Source of the DNA: Bugula neritina | Lineage: Eukaryota; Animalia; Bryozoa | Assembly: GCA_964035545.1 (NCBI GenBank) | Contig: OZ037765.1 | Coordinates: forward strand, 28,581,504 to 28,645,503 | DNA: 64,000 nt | Direction of reading: 5' to 3' | Part shown: in pieces, positions 62,541 through 64,000 of the stretch | Layout of the letters: each line of letters starts with the position of its first letter | Numbering within the stretch: the first letter of the stretch is position 1 | The notes under the pieces: generated by a model | The model's database searches: none | Told to the model about the DNA's origin: nothing | What the model saw: only the letters and a program-made list of their open reading frames with translations | Program-made: the position numbers and the translations under genes

Positions 62541-63688
62541 AAAGATTAGGTTTTGTCAAAATCAAAACGACCAAAGTTTTCAAGTTGTTCTATATGCAGT
62601 CGGCTGGCTCGACATCCAGTAGTTATATATTTTCTGATTGGCTTATTTAGGTAGCGCCTATAATTGGTTTATTAATTCTAAACGCACAAGTTGATGTTGA
62701 TGTCAACGTCATGGCGCACACGGGCACTCTATAGTGCACTCTCAGCTGATACATCTAGTTTTACTCAGAATTTTATGATTATTTACACTCCCAATAATAT
62801 CATGTCACATGTTCACCTAGTGACACTGACAGTGTAGTTAGTGTAGTCTGTACCTAGTTTGGTGCGATATAGGCCACAGCTTTATCTAAGTCAACATATT
62901 TATATATAGGTCGCATCATAATACTACTCTTATCTAAAGTTGCTTTGCTGAAGTCGTGTTGTAGGTACCGATGCTTATTTATCTACACTTATTAATTATT
63001 ACGGACAAGTTTCCATGGCCACCAGATATTTAGTTGTCTCTCTTGGTTATAAGCTGGCTTTAAGGTATCAATGAAACAAAATTTTATAAATTGATGATTA
63101 GCCAACATGTTGATTTCTATGTATTGACATTTGATCAACTTTATTTAGGCACTAGAATTTATGGTGAGAATTACATAATACAACAACTGCAATAGAAAAT
63201 AGAGAAAATAAACTTAACAAAATTCTTCTTATATAGCAGCAGCAACTGTGTATTTTATGCAGCATTGCCTAAATTGTAACAGAATTTAATACCAGTGTCA
63301 AGATGTATTCTAAAATAAACATTCTCTGTAAATACATAATATTTGGGCAAACATTGGCTAAATTGTCTAAATTTGTATGCCATTTAAGCTTTCATCACAT
63401 AGAATTAGATGTAATACTGATAAATTAGAAAATATATTTTATTATTTAAGCTGTACCTACTAATGTGACATGTATACATATGATACACATTTGAATAACA
63501 AATAAATTAAAATATAATAAATAAAATACTAAATATATTACTATCAACTAAGTGAATTTTAAAATTAATATATTAAAATAAATTCAAAGAATAATGTAAG
63601 CTGATTACAAAATGCTAGTGTAAAATTGTAAAAAAATAAATGGAGGCCTTCCCACAATGCATGCAGTCGCTGAAGTGGAGTAGCTCTA

Positions 63689-63801
63689 CTAGTTGAGCAT
63701 ACGACCCTTCATGAAGTTATCTCTTAGTTCTTCCTGCTTGATGTCACTAATTCTGAACTTTTTGCAAACCTGCTCCCACTTGGAAAAGTTGCTTTGGGAA
63801 C
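63689..63801 (-). CDS. Probable terminal coding exon of an unidentified gene continuing beyond the window
   Basis: Acceptor attgcag then phase-1 frame SQSNFSKWEQVCKKFRISDIKQEELRDNFMKGRMLN-TAG, followed by AT-rich 3'UTR-like sequence; frame and identity not confirmed. Confidence 0.4.
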
Positions 63802-64000
63802 CTGCAATTGATAATAAGAGTTATCCTCTCTATAAACAAATCACTACATCCTAGAGGACAACCATATTCCAAGTGTCAATACACTGAATGGTCTCATCTA
63901 GAGAACTAAAAGCTCTGTAATAATTTAGAGATATGCTTGGAAATAAAAGAGCAAGTCATGCAAGTAACTGGCTAAAAGGAACCATTCCAACAGAATCTAC

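Overview
AT-rich, intron-containing animal (invertebrate-like) genomic DNA; gene models below were built by hand from GT-AG junctions with reading-frame checks. Left to right: the 3' end of a TPR gene (+) with a pseudogenised fragment of its neighbour; a very young 5.26-kb Ty3/Gypsy-type LTR element (apparently identical 352-bp LTRs, ATAA TSD, tRNA-Leu PBS) whose open pol frame lacks RT, RNase H and the integrase core but which carries a predicted spliced zinc-finger/coiled-coil accessory gene; a RING-hydrophobic segment-ZZ-ZZ gene; a two-exon gene for a GlnD/DUF294-type nucleotidyltransferase fused to TPRs (paralogue of the left-edge gene); two inverted copies of a membrane-anchored JmjC gene; UBFD1 plus a partial pseudogene; BUD13; hnRNP F/H; a derived hnRNP F/H paralogue with a predicted mitochondrial presequence (GRSF1-like by apparent convergence); and MICU1. 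Top candidates for undescribed biology: the mitochondrial qRRM paralogue, the diversifying NTase-TPR family, and the RT-less LTR element with an intron-containing third gene. No searches or computations were run.
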